A stretch of 32,000 bases of DNA. It comes from Zestosphaera tikiterensis. GTDB taxonomy: Archaea > Thermoproteota > Thermoprotei_A > Sulfolobales > NBVN01. The notes under the pieces were generated by a model, which was not told where the DNA came from, did not search any database, and worked only from the letters and a program-made list of their open reading frames with translations. Made by a program: the position numbers and the translations under genes. Below are positions 13,239-21,914 of the stretch, piece by piece; within the stretch, counting starts at the first letter, position 1; each line of letters opens with the position of its first letter. The stretch is taken from positions 150,001 to 182,000 of the forward strand of contig NBVN01000004.1 in assembly GCA_003056265.1 (NCBI GenBank), in the 5' to 3' direction.

Positions 13239-14525
13239 TTGAGTGTTAAGGGGGTTTTAAAAGGTGTTAATTACGGCGATCCGGTTGTTTTGTTTAGGGG
13301 TGAGAAGGTTGTTAAGCTTGCTAAGCGTTTCGGGCTTGAGGGGGATTTCCTAACTTTAGGTTTGGGTGTGGATCTTTTCTATACTTTATACCTTCCACAC
13401 CCGGTTGTGGTTGGTTTGGCTGGGGTTGATGAGGGGTTAAGCACGCATTACAGTATAGTTAAGGCTTTAGTTGATTTGGAGGAGTTGGTTGAGGTTAAGA
13501 AGCATACGATACTTGATTCTTCTTTAAGTACTTTAGCTTCAGTTTCTTTAATTCAGCACTTGATTGAGGAGCTTGAAGGTCTTAACGAGTCAGTTGATTT
13601 TAAAGATTTGGAGGGTAGGTCCGGTAAGGGTAAGTTAACTTCAGCTTTGAAGGAAGCTTTAAAGAGGGTTGGTGAGGAAGCTGAAAACATGAGGAAGTTG
13701 AAGGAGTTGATGGCTGTAGGTACGGCCCCAGGTAAGGGCAGTCACTTCGACTTAGATGAGTCTGGCGAGGATGTGATTAAGTTAGCTAGGAATGCTGACG
13801 TTAGTAAGTTGCTTGAGGTTCTTCAGATAGTTCCGGAGCTTTTTAGAAGGAGTAGGAGGAGGTTTGAAAGGTTTAGCCGTGGTGAGTTAGCTGGTTATGA
13901 CTTAGGAAGTGATTTAGAGAGGGTCGTTCCGGAGGAGCTGGTACTCCCTAGGAAGTACTTCCTCATGAAGTTTTCTGAGTCTAAACTACTCCTATATGAG
14001 AAGAGGTTGCCGAAGGCTTTAGGATCTATATACCTGCTGGTCGATAAGTCGGGGAGTATGGAGGGTGATAAGATAAGTTGGGCTAAAGCAACAGCTATAG
14101 CGTTGTTAATTAAAGCTAGGAGGGAGAGGAGGGAATTCAACATGAGGTTTTTCGATGGGTTACCGCATGATAGAGTTAAAGTATCTAAAAACGTTAAACC
14201 TACTGAATTGCTTAACCTCATTAAATACTTAGCTAGGGTGAGGAGCGGTGGGGGTACGGACATAACTAGAGCTATAGCGACCGCATGCGATGACATAACG
14301 TTAGGTGTGACGAAAAACACTTCAGACATCATAGTAGTTACGGACGGTGAAGACACACTATCTGTAAACCTACTTAAGAGGAAGTTAAGGCAGGCTAACG
14401 CAAAACTAACCTCAGTTATGATTTTAGGAGATAATAAAGACTTGAAGACGTTAAGCGAGCATTACCTCACAGTTAAAGTACTTGATGAAAACGCAATACT
14501 TAAGATAGTTGAAACACCCGATTAA
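13239..14525 (+). CDS. von Willebrand factor A (VWA) domain protein, MoxR partner
   Basis: 428-aa ORF. The C-terminal VWA domain has the MIDAS motif LLVDKSGSMEG and a downstream VVTDGED. The N-terminal ~250 aa has no motif I recognise. The classical MoxR-VWA pairing applies (COG0714 + COG2425 type). Confidence 0.8.
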   Translation: MSVKGVLKGVNYGDPVVLFRGEKVVKLAKRFGLEGDFLTLGLGVDLFYTLYLPHPVVVGLAGVDEGLSTHYSIVKALVDLEELVEVKKHTILDSSLSTLASVSLIQHLIEELEGLNESVDFKDLEGRSGKGKLTSALKEALKRVGEEAENMRKLKELMAVGTAPGKGSHFDLDESGEDVIKLARNADVSKLLEVLQIVPELFRRSRRRFERFSRGELAGYDLGSDLERVVPEELVLPRKYFLMKFSESKLLLYEKRLPKALGSIYLLVDKSGSMEGDKISWAKATAIALLIKARRERREFNMRFFDGLPHDRVKVSKNVKPTELLNLIKYLARVRSGGGTDITRAIATACDDITLGVTKNTSDIIVVTDGEDTLSVNLLKRKLRQANAKLTSVMILGDNKDLKTLSEHYLTVKVLDENAILKIVETPD

Positions 14526-14527
14526 AA

Positions 14528-15283
14528 CTACTCAACAACAGCTCCGTAGATTACGTCCACACCCAACTCCTTAGCTCTTTCAACAGCGTCTTTAGCTATG
14601 TTAACCGCCACTACAACCCTCCTCTTAACCCTACCTAAGATTTTCTCAGCCTTCACAACCTTCTCATAAAACCACTCAACATCATCTAACTCCACAAGAC
14701 TTTTAACTTCTAAAACCACTATACCGTCTTCTTGAATTACTACGTTGAATTCATATACAGCACCTTTAACACCTAACAAACCCTCCCTATCCCTATACGT
14801 GAATCTACTTACTTTCTCAGGATCTATACCTAACTTACTTGCTTGATCTCTATATATGTTTAAGACGGTTTCCTCAAGATCTCTCCCAAGTCTCCTACCG
14901 AAAGAACCTAAGGCGATCTTCAACTCAGCAACACCAGCTTCAAGCTTCACAACCCTCTCCTCAAGCTTAACTACCCTTTCCTCTAACTTAGCAAATCTTT
15001 CCTCAAGCTTCGCAAACCTCTCTTCAAGTTCTGCGAACTGCTTCTCAAGCTCGGCAAATCTATTCTCGAGTTCCGCAAACCTCTCCTCTAATTTTTGCTG
15101 TCTCTCAGCTAATTCTGAGAACCTCTCCTCTAGTTTCTGCTGTCTCTCCTCCAACCTAGCAAACCTCTCTAAAAGTTCTTTAAACCCTATAGCACCAGCT
15201 AAAGCTAACCTAAACTCCCTATCCTCCTCAACAGCTTTTAAAATCCTCTCCTTCTCCTCCTTAGAAAGTGCCTGCACACCCAC
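14528..15283 (-). CDS. Coiled-coil protein with C-terminal PD-(D/E)xK-like domain (DUF3782-like)
   Basis: 251-aa ORF. It has a long ERFAELE/ERFAKLE/ERVVKLE heptad array. The C-terminal segment is ...GAVYEFNVVIQEDGIVVLEVKSLVELDDV..., resembling the restriction-endonuclease-like E..D...ExK core. It is convergent with the VWA gene, with only 2 nt between the stops. Confidence 0.6.
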   Translation of the reverse strand: MGVQALSKEEKERILKAVEEDREFRLALAGAIGFKELLERFARLEERQQKLEERFSELAERQQKLEERFAELENRFAELEKQFAELEERFAKLEERFAKLEERVVKLEERVVKLEAGVAELKIALGSFGRRLGRDLEETVLNIYRDQASKLGIDPEKVSRFTYRDREGLLGVKGAVYEFNVVIQEDGIVVLEVKSLVELDDVEWFYEKVVKAEKILGRVKRRVVVAVNIAKDAVERAKELGVDVIYGAVVE

Positions 15284-15337
15284 TACTCAACACTACCTAA
15301 TAACTACCTACTCTCAAACAATAAAAAGCTACTAAAG

Positions 15338-15499
15338 CTAACTTTCAAACTCCTCCTCAAGACTTACTCCCGCTAACTCACCAAGCCTAGCTTTTTTAGC
15401 TTTCAAGCGTTTACGTCTCCTACGAATCCATTGAAGTACGTCTTCAGGTGTGGGTGTTTCACCTACTTTAGCTTTATTATTTTTATTGATTTTTAACAC
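15338..15499 (-). CDS. Possible small basic protein (53 aa)
   Basis: My own translation from GTG 15499 gives LKINKNNKAKVGETPTPEDVLQWIRRRRKRLKAKKARLGELAGVSLEEEFES*. A GAAGGG Shine-Dalgarno-like motif lies just upstream. No recognisable family, and the ORF is short, so it is weakly supported. Confidence 0.25.
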   Translation of the reverse strand: MLKINKNNKAKVGETPTPEDVLQWIRRRRKRLKAKKARLGELAGVSLEEEFES

Positions 15500-15533
15500 C
15501 CTTCAATTATTTGATGTATTGCTTATAAGTTCC

Positions 15534-16382
15534 TTAGGGGTGTTGAGTTTTAGGTTGTTTCGGTGGTTTTACGTAGTATTTTATCTCGCCGTCTAGGTAG
15601 TCTTTAATTATTTTCTTAGCTGCTTCATGTAGTATTGGCTCGCGGTCTTTCTTATGTATCCAACCTCTTTTGATGGCTAGCTCCTTAAGTATTTCGGGTG
15701 GGTTTTGAGTTTCTATTCCGTATGTTGTTTGGAATGCTTTAGGGTTGTGTTGAAGTACTTTCTTAATTAACTCTACAGCTGTTTGAACGGGGTTCGGTAT
15801 CTTATCTATTGGGTTCATCCTAATGATTGACTCAACCCCTTCCTCAACAGGTATTATGCCTGGAGTGTCTAGAACGTAGAAACCGCCCCTAACTTTAAAT
15901 AGCTGTGCTCTCCTCGTATATCCTGGAGTGCCTGGGTATGGGGAGGTAGTTGCTGAATGCCTACCCTTAAGAACGTTAATCAAGGTTGACTTACCAACCT
16001 TAGGAACGCCGAAAACACCTACAACACCTACGCCGCCACCACCTAAAGCCTCCCTAACCTTCTCCTTAACCAACCCTCTAAACCTTAAAGTACCTAACCT
16101 CTCCCGAGCGGAAACAAGAACAGCATCTAAACCCTCATAAACCTTAAAATACCTAACCCAACCCAAACCAACACCCTTAGGTATTAAATCAGCCTTATTC
16201 AAAACAACAACTAAAGAAACACCTAACTCACCACACATCCTCTCAAACCTAACACTCCTAGTTGAGATAGGGTCCCTAACATCAACAACCTCAACAGCTA
16301 CGTCAACACCACCCAACAACTCACGAACAAGCCTCCAACTAGCCAACAACAACCTCAAAACCCACAAACGAAGAAACATCAA
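15534..16382 (-). CDS. Circularly permuted GTPase (YlqF/RbgA/YawG family, ribosome-biogenesis type)
   Basis: The G4 motif (VLNKADL) precedes G1 (GVPKVGKSTLIN) and G3 (DTPGI), which is the hallmark permuted order. The protein is 282 aa. Confidence 0.85.
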   Translation of the reverse strand: MMFLRLWVLRLLLASWRLVRELLGGVDVAVEVVDVRDPISTRSVRFERMCGELGVSLVVVLNKADLIPKGVGLGWVRYFKVYEGLDAVLVSARERLGTLRFRGLVKEKVREALGGGGVGVVGVFGVPKVGKSTLINVLKGRHSATTSPYPGTPGYTRRAQLFKVRGGFYVLDTPGIIPVEEGVESIIRMNPIDKIPNPVQTAVELIKKVLQHNPKAFQTTYGIETQNPPEILKELAIKRGWIHKKDREPILHEAAKKIIKDYLDGEIKYYVKPPKQPKTQHP

Positions 16383-16805
16383 AACTTAAATACGTAACAT
16401 AAAGAACAGCTACTAAAACAATAAAGGAAATTAAGGAGGATGCTCAGCTAGTTAGGGAGGATAGGGGGGATGGCAGAGGATGATATAGAGATGTTGTTTA
16501 GAGAGGGTGTAACATTTATAAAATGTGAAAACCCAAACTGTAAGGACTTCCTAGGAGGTAGGCACTCAATACGTATTTCCCTTAAAGACTTAATACGTAA
16601 TTACATAACGATGAAGTAGCTTTTACCCCCACCCTCAATTTACAGCTAAGCTGGGTTATGTTTACTAACACAAACTTGTTTAATATTGTTTATGTGTAGA
16701 GAATGTTATATAACACGTGTTGCAGTAGCTTAAGTATTAAGGGATTGCTTAATGATACCGTAAGGCGTGGGTTTTAGTATTATTTAACTTGATGTAGTTA
16801 GTTAG

Positions 16806-16891
16806 GGTTTATAAGCTTTTCGTGTGTTAAAAAACACACAAAAACACACAAACCTTTTAAAGGATTTCACATAAGAATATACATGAGGTGA
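16806..16891 (+). promoter_or_regulatory. Upstream control region of the S-layer-like gene
   Basis: TTTATAA is at 16808-16814 and CTTTTAAAGG at 16853-16862; both are TATA-like. An inverted GTGTGTT (16822-28) is followed by tandem AAAACACACA x2 (16831-50). The GAGGTGA Shine-Dalgarno motif at 16885-16891 lies 9 nt before ATG 16901. Confidence 0.45.
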
Positions 16892-16900
16892 CTTCAAGTA

Positions 16901-19900
16901 ATGAATAGTAAGTACGCAGATATAAGATCGTATGTATCGATAGCAATGGCAATACTATTCATACTACCAATACTAGCTACAATACCTGTACAATCACAGA
17001 TAACAGCAGTTAAAATAACATCAGTATCAACACCTGCATACCCAGGGAGACCTGTAAACATAACATTGGATGTAGGTCTAACTACAACAGTAACAGTAAG
17101 TCTATGTAATGATAATGCATGTACAAATGTATGGGCCCAACAATCATTTGTACCACCACAGCCAGGAACATATACAGTATCACTTGTATTACCAAAGCTT
17201 CTACCAGGAGCAACAGATGCCGATACTAATGGTATGGTTGATCTATATGTTAAGGTATCAACAGTCTTTGGCGCAGAACCGCAGAAAATAGATGTAGCTC
17301 CAGTAATAGAGGTTACCCCAATACAAACAGCAAATGTAAACCCCGATGGAACGTCAAAGAACATTGAAGTTAACTTCTATGGATTTAAACCTAGTGACAG
17401 CATAACAAGTGTGACTTTCACAGGACCGACAACAGAAAGCTTTAGTGTAACGGTAAATGTAGGTTCAGATGGAAGTGCCTCTACCACTATACCACTTAAA
17501 GACATAACAGGCTATGGTCTTCCCAGAGGGACATACACCGTTAGCTGTACTCCAGGAACTACTGATATGGCCTCTGCAAAACCAGGAAGCTTAACGATAG
17601 TTCCACAAGCAATTATAATTCCAGCAGAGGGTAATGGAAGATGTGATGGTGTTGTATGTGAATCCTACCAAATCATGATTACAGGCTACGGGTTTGATCC
17701 AAAGGTTTCCGTGACAAGAATAGATCTGCTCAATCTGAACTTCACAAAGGTTGTATACTCCAATACCAGTGTCAATGTTGCAACCAATGATTATGGGTAT
17801 TTCATAGCTGCAAAACTGTTTAAGACTAATATGAGTGCTGGTCTATATATACCGATAGTCTATACAGCACCTACATCTAAAACAGTGTCAAACACTAGCG
17901 ATAATATAGGTGTGGCTACAAAGAGTAGTGTAGTTATATCACAGAGCGCCATATATAACACTCTAGGCACTAAAGCATCTGTAACAGCTACATCTTTTGT
18001 AAATGGTACATGGCAATATGTAGAGAAATACTCAACAATGTCCTATACATTATCAGAGGTACTAAGAATAGACTTTACAGAATCCGGTAAGAACTATAGA
18101 CTTGCAGCAAATCTTGAACCAGCTGGTATAAGGTTTACACTATATAACATAACCCCTGCTGTACCTGTAACCCTTAACACCACATTGGTACTAACTACAT
18201 GGAATGATACAATCAAAGCTTATATAGCTAACTATTCATTCAGTATAACACCAACACCTGCATATGGACCAGGAGTAGCAGGTGGTGGGTATAAGTATTG
18301 GGCAACATTCTACAACTATTCAAATATGATACTGCTTAGGCTGAAGGTAAATGACTTTGTTGTTACATATGCTAATCTATCTATAGTGTATAGCAATGTT
18401 GATACAGGTGTAACCAAGAGTTTCTACTATGAATATCCAGCAAATCTATCTATAGTAGCTGGTGCCGCTAGTGTAACTGTTCCAAAGTTTACAGATGCGG
18501 ATATTAAGTGGAAGATAACATGGTCTATGAATCTACCTTCTGGTGGGACTACATATACAGCAACTCTAACTGTTACTGGACAGCCGCTTAAGGGACCTGT
18601 AGATGAGTTTAGAAATGTTGGATATATTGTTAGACCAATATTGGTTGTTATTGCATCCACCGGAGTGTTGTTGCCAGAACAGAAGGTTACTATTGCTGCC
18701 TATGGATATGGTCCTGGAGCATCTTACTATCCAGGCTATAACACTTTGTATGTGTATTGGGAGAAGGTAAGGCTATTAACAACTGTACCTCTTGGCAATG
18801 ATGGTAATGCAACGTTTGTTATAACAATACCTGGTGATGCTAGCTTCGGTATACACTATATCTATGGTGTTGACTCTTGGAAGCCCCTACCATATGAGTA
18901 TACATTATCTATAGTTGTTGGAGCAAAAGCCTACTGGGCAATACCACCAGCGTTACCTGAGAAACCCGAGGTCTCAGCTGGATATAATAACACACGTTTA
19001 GAGGTATGTCCATGTCCAGGTGTCTATAGCGGTGTTGGGTATTGTGATAAATGTGTTACTTATATAGCTGAATGTGACTATCTTGGTGACTATATAGATG
19101 TGACAGTATCCGGTTTATCGCCGGGAGAGACCTTGACTGTAAGGTTTGGCGACATTGTTGTAAAGACCGTTAAAGCTAATAGCTCTGTAGAGACAATAAG
19201 ATTTGTTGTTCCAACCGTTCCAGCAGGTAGCTATCCAATAAGTGTTATCGGAAGTGTTAGTGGTACCATAGATGTAACAGACTTTATGTTCATCAACAAG
19301 ACTACCAACACCAAGCAGATAAAGCATGGTATCCTGCTCGAGGTAGTGCCGAAGATATTGTTGCTGGATCTAGAGAAAGACGTGTTGCCAATACTTGTTG
19401 GGCCAGGGTTTGTAAGGGTTATAGGTACAGGTTTCAAGCCTGGCATAGCTGTAAGGGCAGTATTGTTCAATGATACTGACGCTGCATATATGCTCAATAT
19501 GCAGGTACAGAGCTGGTCTGCTGACGCTAGAGGTGTGCTGAAGAGTCCATTTACGGAAAAGGCAGGTATATACGTACCTGCTCTAGAGCCTGGTGCATAT
19601 GAGGTATCTCTGGCATACGTTGAGGGTACCAAGACTAAGGTATCGAAAGCAGGTCTTGTATATGTTATTAACAATGTTAGTATAGTGACAACAAAGTATG
19701 ATCTCAATAACGCTGAATCTAGAATTTCAAACAAGGTAGATTCAGCTATTGCGAACATTTCTAGTAAGATAGATTCAGCCACGACAACTATTTCCAGTGC
19801 AGTAACATCGCTTCAAGATCTCATAAGCAGTAAGCTTGACTCTATAGCAAGCGATCTAAAGACGACATTGAATCTTGTTAGTGATAAGATTACTGGCATT

Positions 19901-20431
19901 AGTGATAAAGTTGATACTGTACTAAAACAGCTTGACAGTACCTCTAAGACTCTTAGTGGAGTTGCGAATGATGTATCATCGATAAAGAGTGATGTGAGTA
20001 GCATAAGAAGTGATGTCAGTAAGGTCTCAGGAGCTTTATCTGATCTAAAAAGCTCTATAGATGCTATAAAGAGTGCTACGGATAACATACCAGGGATTAA
20101 GAATTCGATAGCAACACTCTCAGACACGGTCAATAAGTTAACACCAACTATAGAGCAACTTAGGGCGGATATCACAGGACTTAAGACAGACGTAGCATCA
20201 GTGAAGAACGACGTAGCATCAGTGAAGACAGACGTAAGCTCAGTTAAGAACGTTGTTAGCGGGTTAGAAGGCTCTATTAAGTCAGCGATCGATGCCTCTA
20301 AAGCTGAGGTAGGCGGTAAGGTAGACTCCCTCTCAATAGCTGTATACATAGCAGTGATATTCGCCTTACTGTCCTTCATAATGTCCCTACTGGTATACTT
20401 CAGCATGAGGAAAGCCGTAGCGACTAAGTAA
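16901..20431 (+). CDS. Large surface (S-layer-like) glycoprotein with signal peptide, C-terminal coiled-coil stalk and transmembrane anchor
   Basis: 1176-aa ORF. It has an N-terminal hydrophobic signal (VSIAMAILFILPILATIPVQSQ). The body is Thr/Ser/Val/Asn/Tyr-rich and Lys/Glu-poor, with at least ~20 N-x-S/T sequons by eye. The last ~260 aa are Ser/Asp/Lys heptad-type repeats (DVASVKN DVASVKT DVSSVKN...). It ends in a hydrophobic helix (LSIAVYIAVIFALLSFIMSLLVYF) plus a basic tail. A strong Shine-Dalgarno motif and a T-rich terminator flank it. Confidence 0.75.
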   Translation: MNSKYADIRSYVSIAMAILFILPILATIPVQSQITAVKITSVSTPAYPGRPVNITLDVGLTTTVTVSLCNDNACTNVWAQQSFVPPQPGTYTVSLVLPKLLPGATDADTNGMVDLYVKVSTVFGAEPQKIDVAPVIEVTPIQTANVNPDGTSKNIEVNFYGFKPSDSITSVTFTGPTTESFSVTVNVGSDGSASTTIPLKDITGYGLPRGTYTVSCTPGTTDMASAKPGSLTIVPQAIIIPAEGNGRCDGVVCESYQIMITGYGFDPKVSVTRIDLLNLNFTKVVYSNTSVNVATNDYGYFIAAKLFKTNMSAGLYIPIVYTAPTSKTVSNTSDNIGVATKSSVVISQSAIYNTLGTKASVTATSFVNGTWQYVEKYSTMSYTLSEVLRIDFTESGKNYRLAANLEPAGIRFTLYNITPAVPVTLNTTLVLTTWNDTIKAYIANYSFSITPTPAYGPGVAGGGYKYWATFYNYSNMILLRLKVNDFVVTYANLSIVYSNVDTGVTKSFYYEYPANLSIVAGAASVTVPKFTDADIKWKITWSMNLPSGGTTYTATLTVTGQPLKGPVDEFRNVGYIVRPILVVIASTGVLLPEQKVTIAAYGYGPGASYYPGYNTLYVYWEKVRLLTTVPLGNDGNATFVITIPGDASFGIHYIYGVDSWKPLPYEYTLSIVVGAKAYWAIPPALPEKPEVSAGYNNTRLEVCPCPGVYSGVGYCDKCVTYIAECDYLGDYIDVTVSGLSPGETLTVRFGDIVVKTVKANSSVETIRFVVPTVPAGSYPISVIGSVSGTIDVTDFMFINKTTNTKQIKHGILLEVVPKILLLDLEKDVLPILVGPGFVRVIGTGFKPGIAVRAVLFNDTDAAYMLNMQVQSWSADARGVLKSPFTEKAGIYVPALEPGAYEVSLAYVEGTKTKVSKAGLVYVINNVSIVTTKYDLNNAESRISNKVDSAIANISSKIDSATTTISSAVTSLQDLISSKLDSIASDLKTTLNLVSDKITGISDKVDTVLKQLDSTSKTLSGVANDVSSIKSDVSSIRSDVSKVSGALSDLKSSIDAIKSATDNIPGIKNSIATLSDTVNKLTPTIEQLRADITGLKTDVASVKNDVASVKTDVSSVKNVVSGLEGSIKSAIDASKAEVGGKVDSLSIAVYIAVIFALLSFIMSLLVYFSMRKAVATK
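20189..20251 (+). repeat. 21-bp tandem repeat x3 (heptad-coding) in the stalk region
   Basis: gacgtagcatcagtgaagaac / gacgtagcatcagtgaagaca / gacgtaagctcagttaagaac encode DVASVKN, DVASVKT and DVSSVKN. Confidence 0.85.
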
Positions 20432-20446
20432 AAACTTAAAACTAAA

Positions 20447-20457
20447 CTTTCTTTTTT
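20447..20457 (+). terminator. T-rich archaeal terminator after the S-layer-like gene
   Basis: TTTCTTTTTT lies 16 nt after the TAA stop. Confidence 0.5.
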
Positions 20458-20481
20458 AAACGTTCAGATCTTCAACTCCTT

Positions 20482-21189
20482 CTAAACTTCCTTTAGTTTA
20501 GATTTGATTAACTCCTCCCCAGCTTCTTCAACGTCTTTAAGCGTGTCTATAGATCTCCAGTAACTGTTTAGGAAGACCTTACCTAATAACCTACCTTGAC
20601 TAGCTAGCTTAGGGAATGTGTCCTTCTCTAAATCTCCTTTCTTAGGTAGGTGTTTAAACACCTCAGGTTTTAAAGCGTAGACGCCGGCGTTTATCAGGTA
20701 GTTAGGTATTATGGGTTTCTCCCTGAAGGACACAACCCTATTATTACTTCCTAACTCAACGATTCCGTAGGGGGATTTTAAAGGAACTAAAGCTAAAACA
20801 CCTAAAGCTTCATCAACTCCTTCAAGCTCCTCCACAAGCTCGTTAATAGGTATGTCAGTTATTATGTCCCCGTTAACGGCTATGAAGACCTCATCGTTCT
20901 TCAATATGTTTTCAGCGTTTTTTAAAGCTCCTCCAGTACCTAAAGGCTCCTCCTCAACAACGTATACGGCCGTAACCCCGAATCTACCGCCGGAACCTAG
21001 AAAATCAACTAACTTCTCCCTATGGTAACCAGCTAAAACAACAACTGTGTCAACCCCGTAACTCCTTAACCACTCAATCTGCCATTGAATTATAGGCTTA
21101 CCGCCAACCTCAACTAAGGGCTTAGGCCTGTCAGAAGTTAAAGGCCTTAACCTCCTACCCAAACCACCAGCTATGATAGCGGCCTTCAA
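20482..21189 (-). CDS. Sugar-1-phosphate nucleotidylyltransferase (NDP-sugar pyrophosphorylase)
   Basis: The N-terminal AIIAGGLGRRLRPLTSDRPKPLV segment is the GGxGxRLxPLT signature. The protein is 235 aa. Confidence 0.85.
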   Translation of the reverse strand: MKAAIIAGGLGRRLRPLTSDRPKPLVEVGGKPIIQWQIEWLRSYGVDTVVVLAGYHREKLVDFLGSGGRFGVTAVYVVEEEPLGTGGALKNAENILKNDEVFIAVNGDIITDIPINELVEELEGVDEALGVLALVPLKSPYGIVELGSNNRVVSFREKPIIPNYLINAGVYALKPEVFKHLPKKGDLEKDTFPKLASQGRLLGKVFLNSYWRSIDTLKDVEEAGEELIKSKLKEV

Positions 21190-21226
21190 TTAAAACCCCC
21201 TAAGATATGTGTGGGTTAAACATTTA

Positions 21227-21286
21227 AAAGTCAGCTACCCCTAAAGATCATCACCACTCAGTGGGCATGACTCACATCATTACTTT
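21227..21286 (-). ncRNA. C/D box sRNA (dual-guide 2'-O-methylation guide)
   Basis: The minus strand reads AAAGUA-AUGAUGU(C)-GAGUCAUGCCCA(12 nt)-CUGA(D')-GUG-GUGAUGA(C')-UCUUUAGGGGUAG(13 nt)-CUGA(D)-CUUU. Box order and the 12/13-nt spacers are canonical for archaeal sRNAs. A short AAAG/CUUU terminal stem is present. It is intergenic and on the same strand as the flanking genes. Confidence 0.75.
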
Positions 21287-21306
21287 AAAGATTATTAACT
21301 AAGGGC

Positions 21307-21912
21307 TTAACCCAGCTTAGCCTCTCTCTTAATGTTGGGTTTCTCCGTAGTTACTGCGTATACATTCATAGACTCAACCTTTAAGTAAACCTCAGGTGAG
21401 TTAACACCTACGGCAACGACCTTAACGCCTTTAGCCACAGCCTCCTTAACAGTCCTACTCCTTAAAACTGCGTGGGGTTGTATCAAGCAAGTCACGCCGC
21501 TCTTAATCAACTCACTAACGTTTAAGTAGGGATTCGCCGTATTAAAACATACGTCACTATAAACTCCTTTAAGCTCTTCAACAACGCTTAAATCCTTAAC
21601 TACAGGCACTACCTTAACCTTATTAATTAAGTCTGAAGTGAAATCCTTAAACAGCTTGAGAGAATCCCTACTTAAAGGAATTAACGCTATAGAACCTTCC
21701 TTAAGGCCGTTAAGGAAATCCTTCAAAGCCTTCAAACCCACCTCACTTAAATCACTTAATGAATTAACTACGTAAACACCTTCAACGTCTGAATGCCTTC
21801 TAACAACGTTTAAAACCTCACTTAAATCAACGCCTACGTTAACTTCAAGCAGTACTTTAGGCTCCGTTAAACACCACCAACAATAAAATACTTCAACAGG
21901 GTTAATAGGCAC
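21307..21912 (-). CDS. Hypothetical protein
   Basis: 201-aa ORF starting 2 nt after the upstream SpoIIM-like gene, so likely in an operon with it. I recognise no motif. The true start is uncertain. Confidence 0.5.
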   Translation of the reverse strand: MPINPVEVFYCWWCLTEPKVLLEVNVGVDLSEVLNVVRRHSDVEGVYVVNSLSDLSEVGLKALKDFLNGLKEGSIALIPLSRDSLKLFKDFTSDLINKVKVVPVVKDLSVVEELKGVYSDVCFNTANPYLNVSELIKSGVTCLIQPHAVLRSRTVKEAVAKGVKVVAVGVNSPEVYLKVESMNVYAVTTEKPNIKREAKLG

Positions 21913-21914
21913 AA

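Noticed and set aside
11290-15335. Track ORFs 11290-11664(-), 13895-14356(-) and 14856-15335(+)
   Set aside because: They are antisense shadows of the MoxR, VWA and coiled-coil genes, with Ser/Leu/Asn-rich low-complexity translations.
16470-16619. 49-codon ORF MAEDDIEMLFREGVTFIKCENPNCKDFLGGRHSIRISLKDLIRNYITMK
   Set aside because: It has a plausible GGAGG upstream but only one Cys pair and no recognisable family. There is too little evidence to call a gene.
15928-20406. Track ORFs 15928-16140(+), 16894-17364(-), 17109-17291(+), 18427-18660(-), 19115-19327(-), 19231-19782(-) and 19813-20406(-)
   Set aside because: They overlap the GTPase gene or the S-layer-like gene in antisense or alternative frames. 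They have no motifs, and the long open antisense frames are explained by the biased composition of the host gene.
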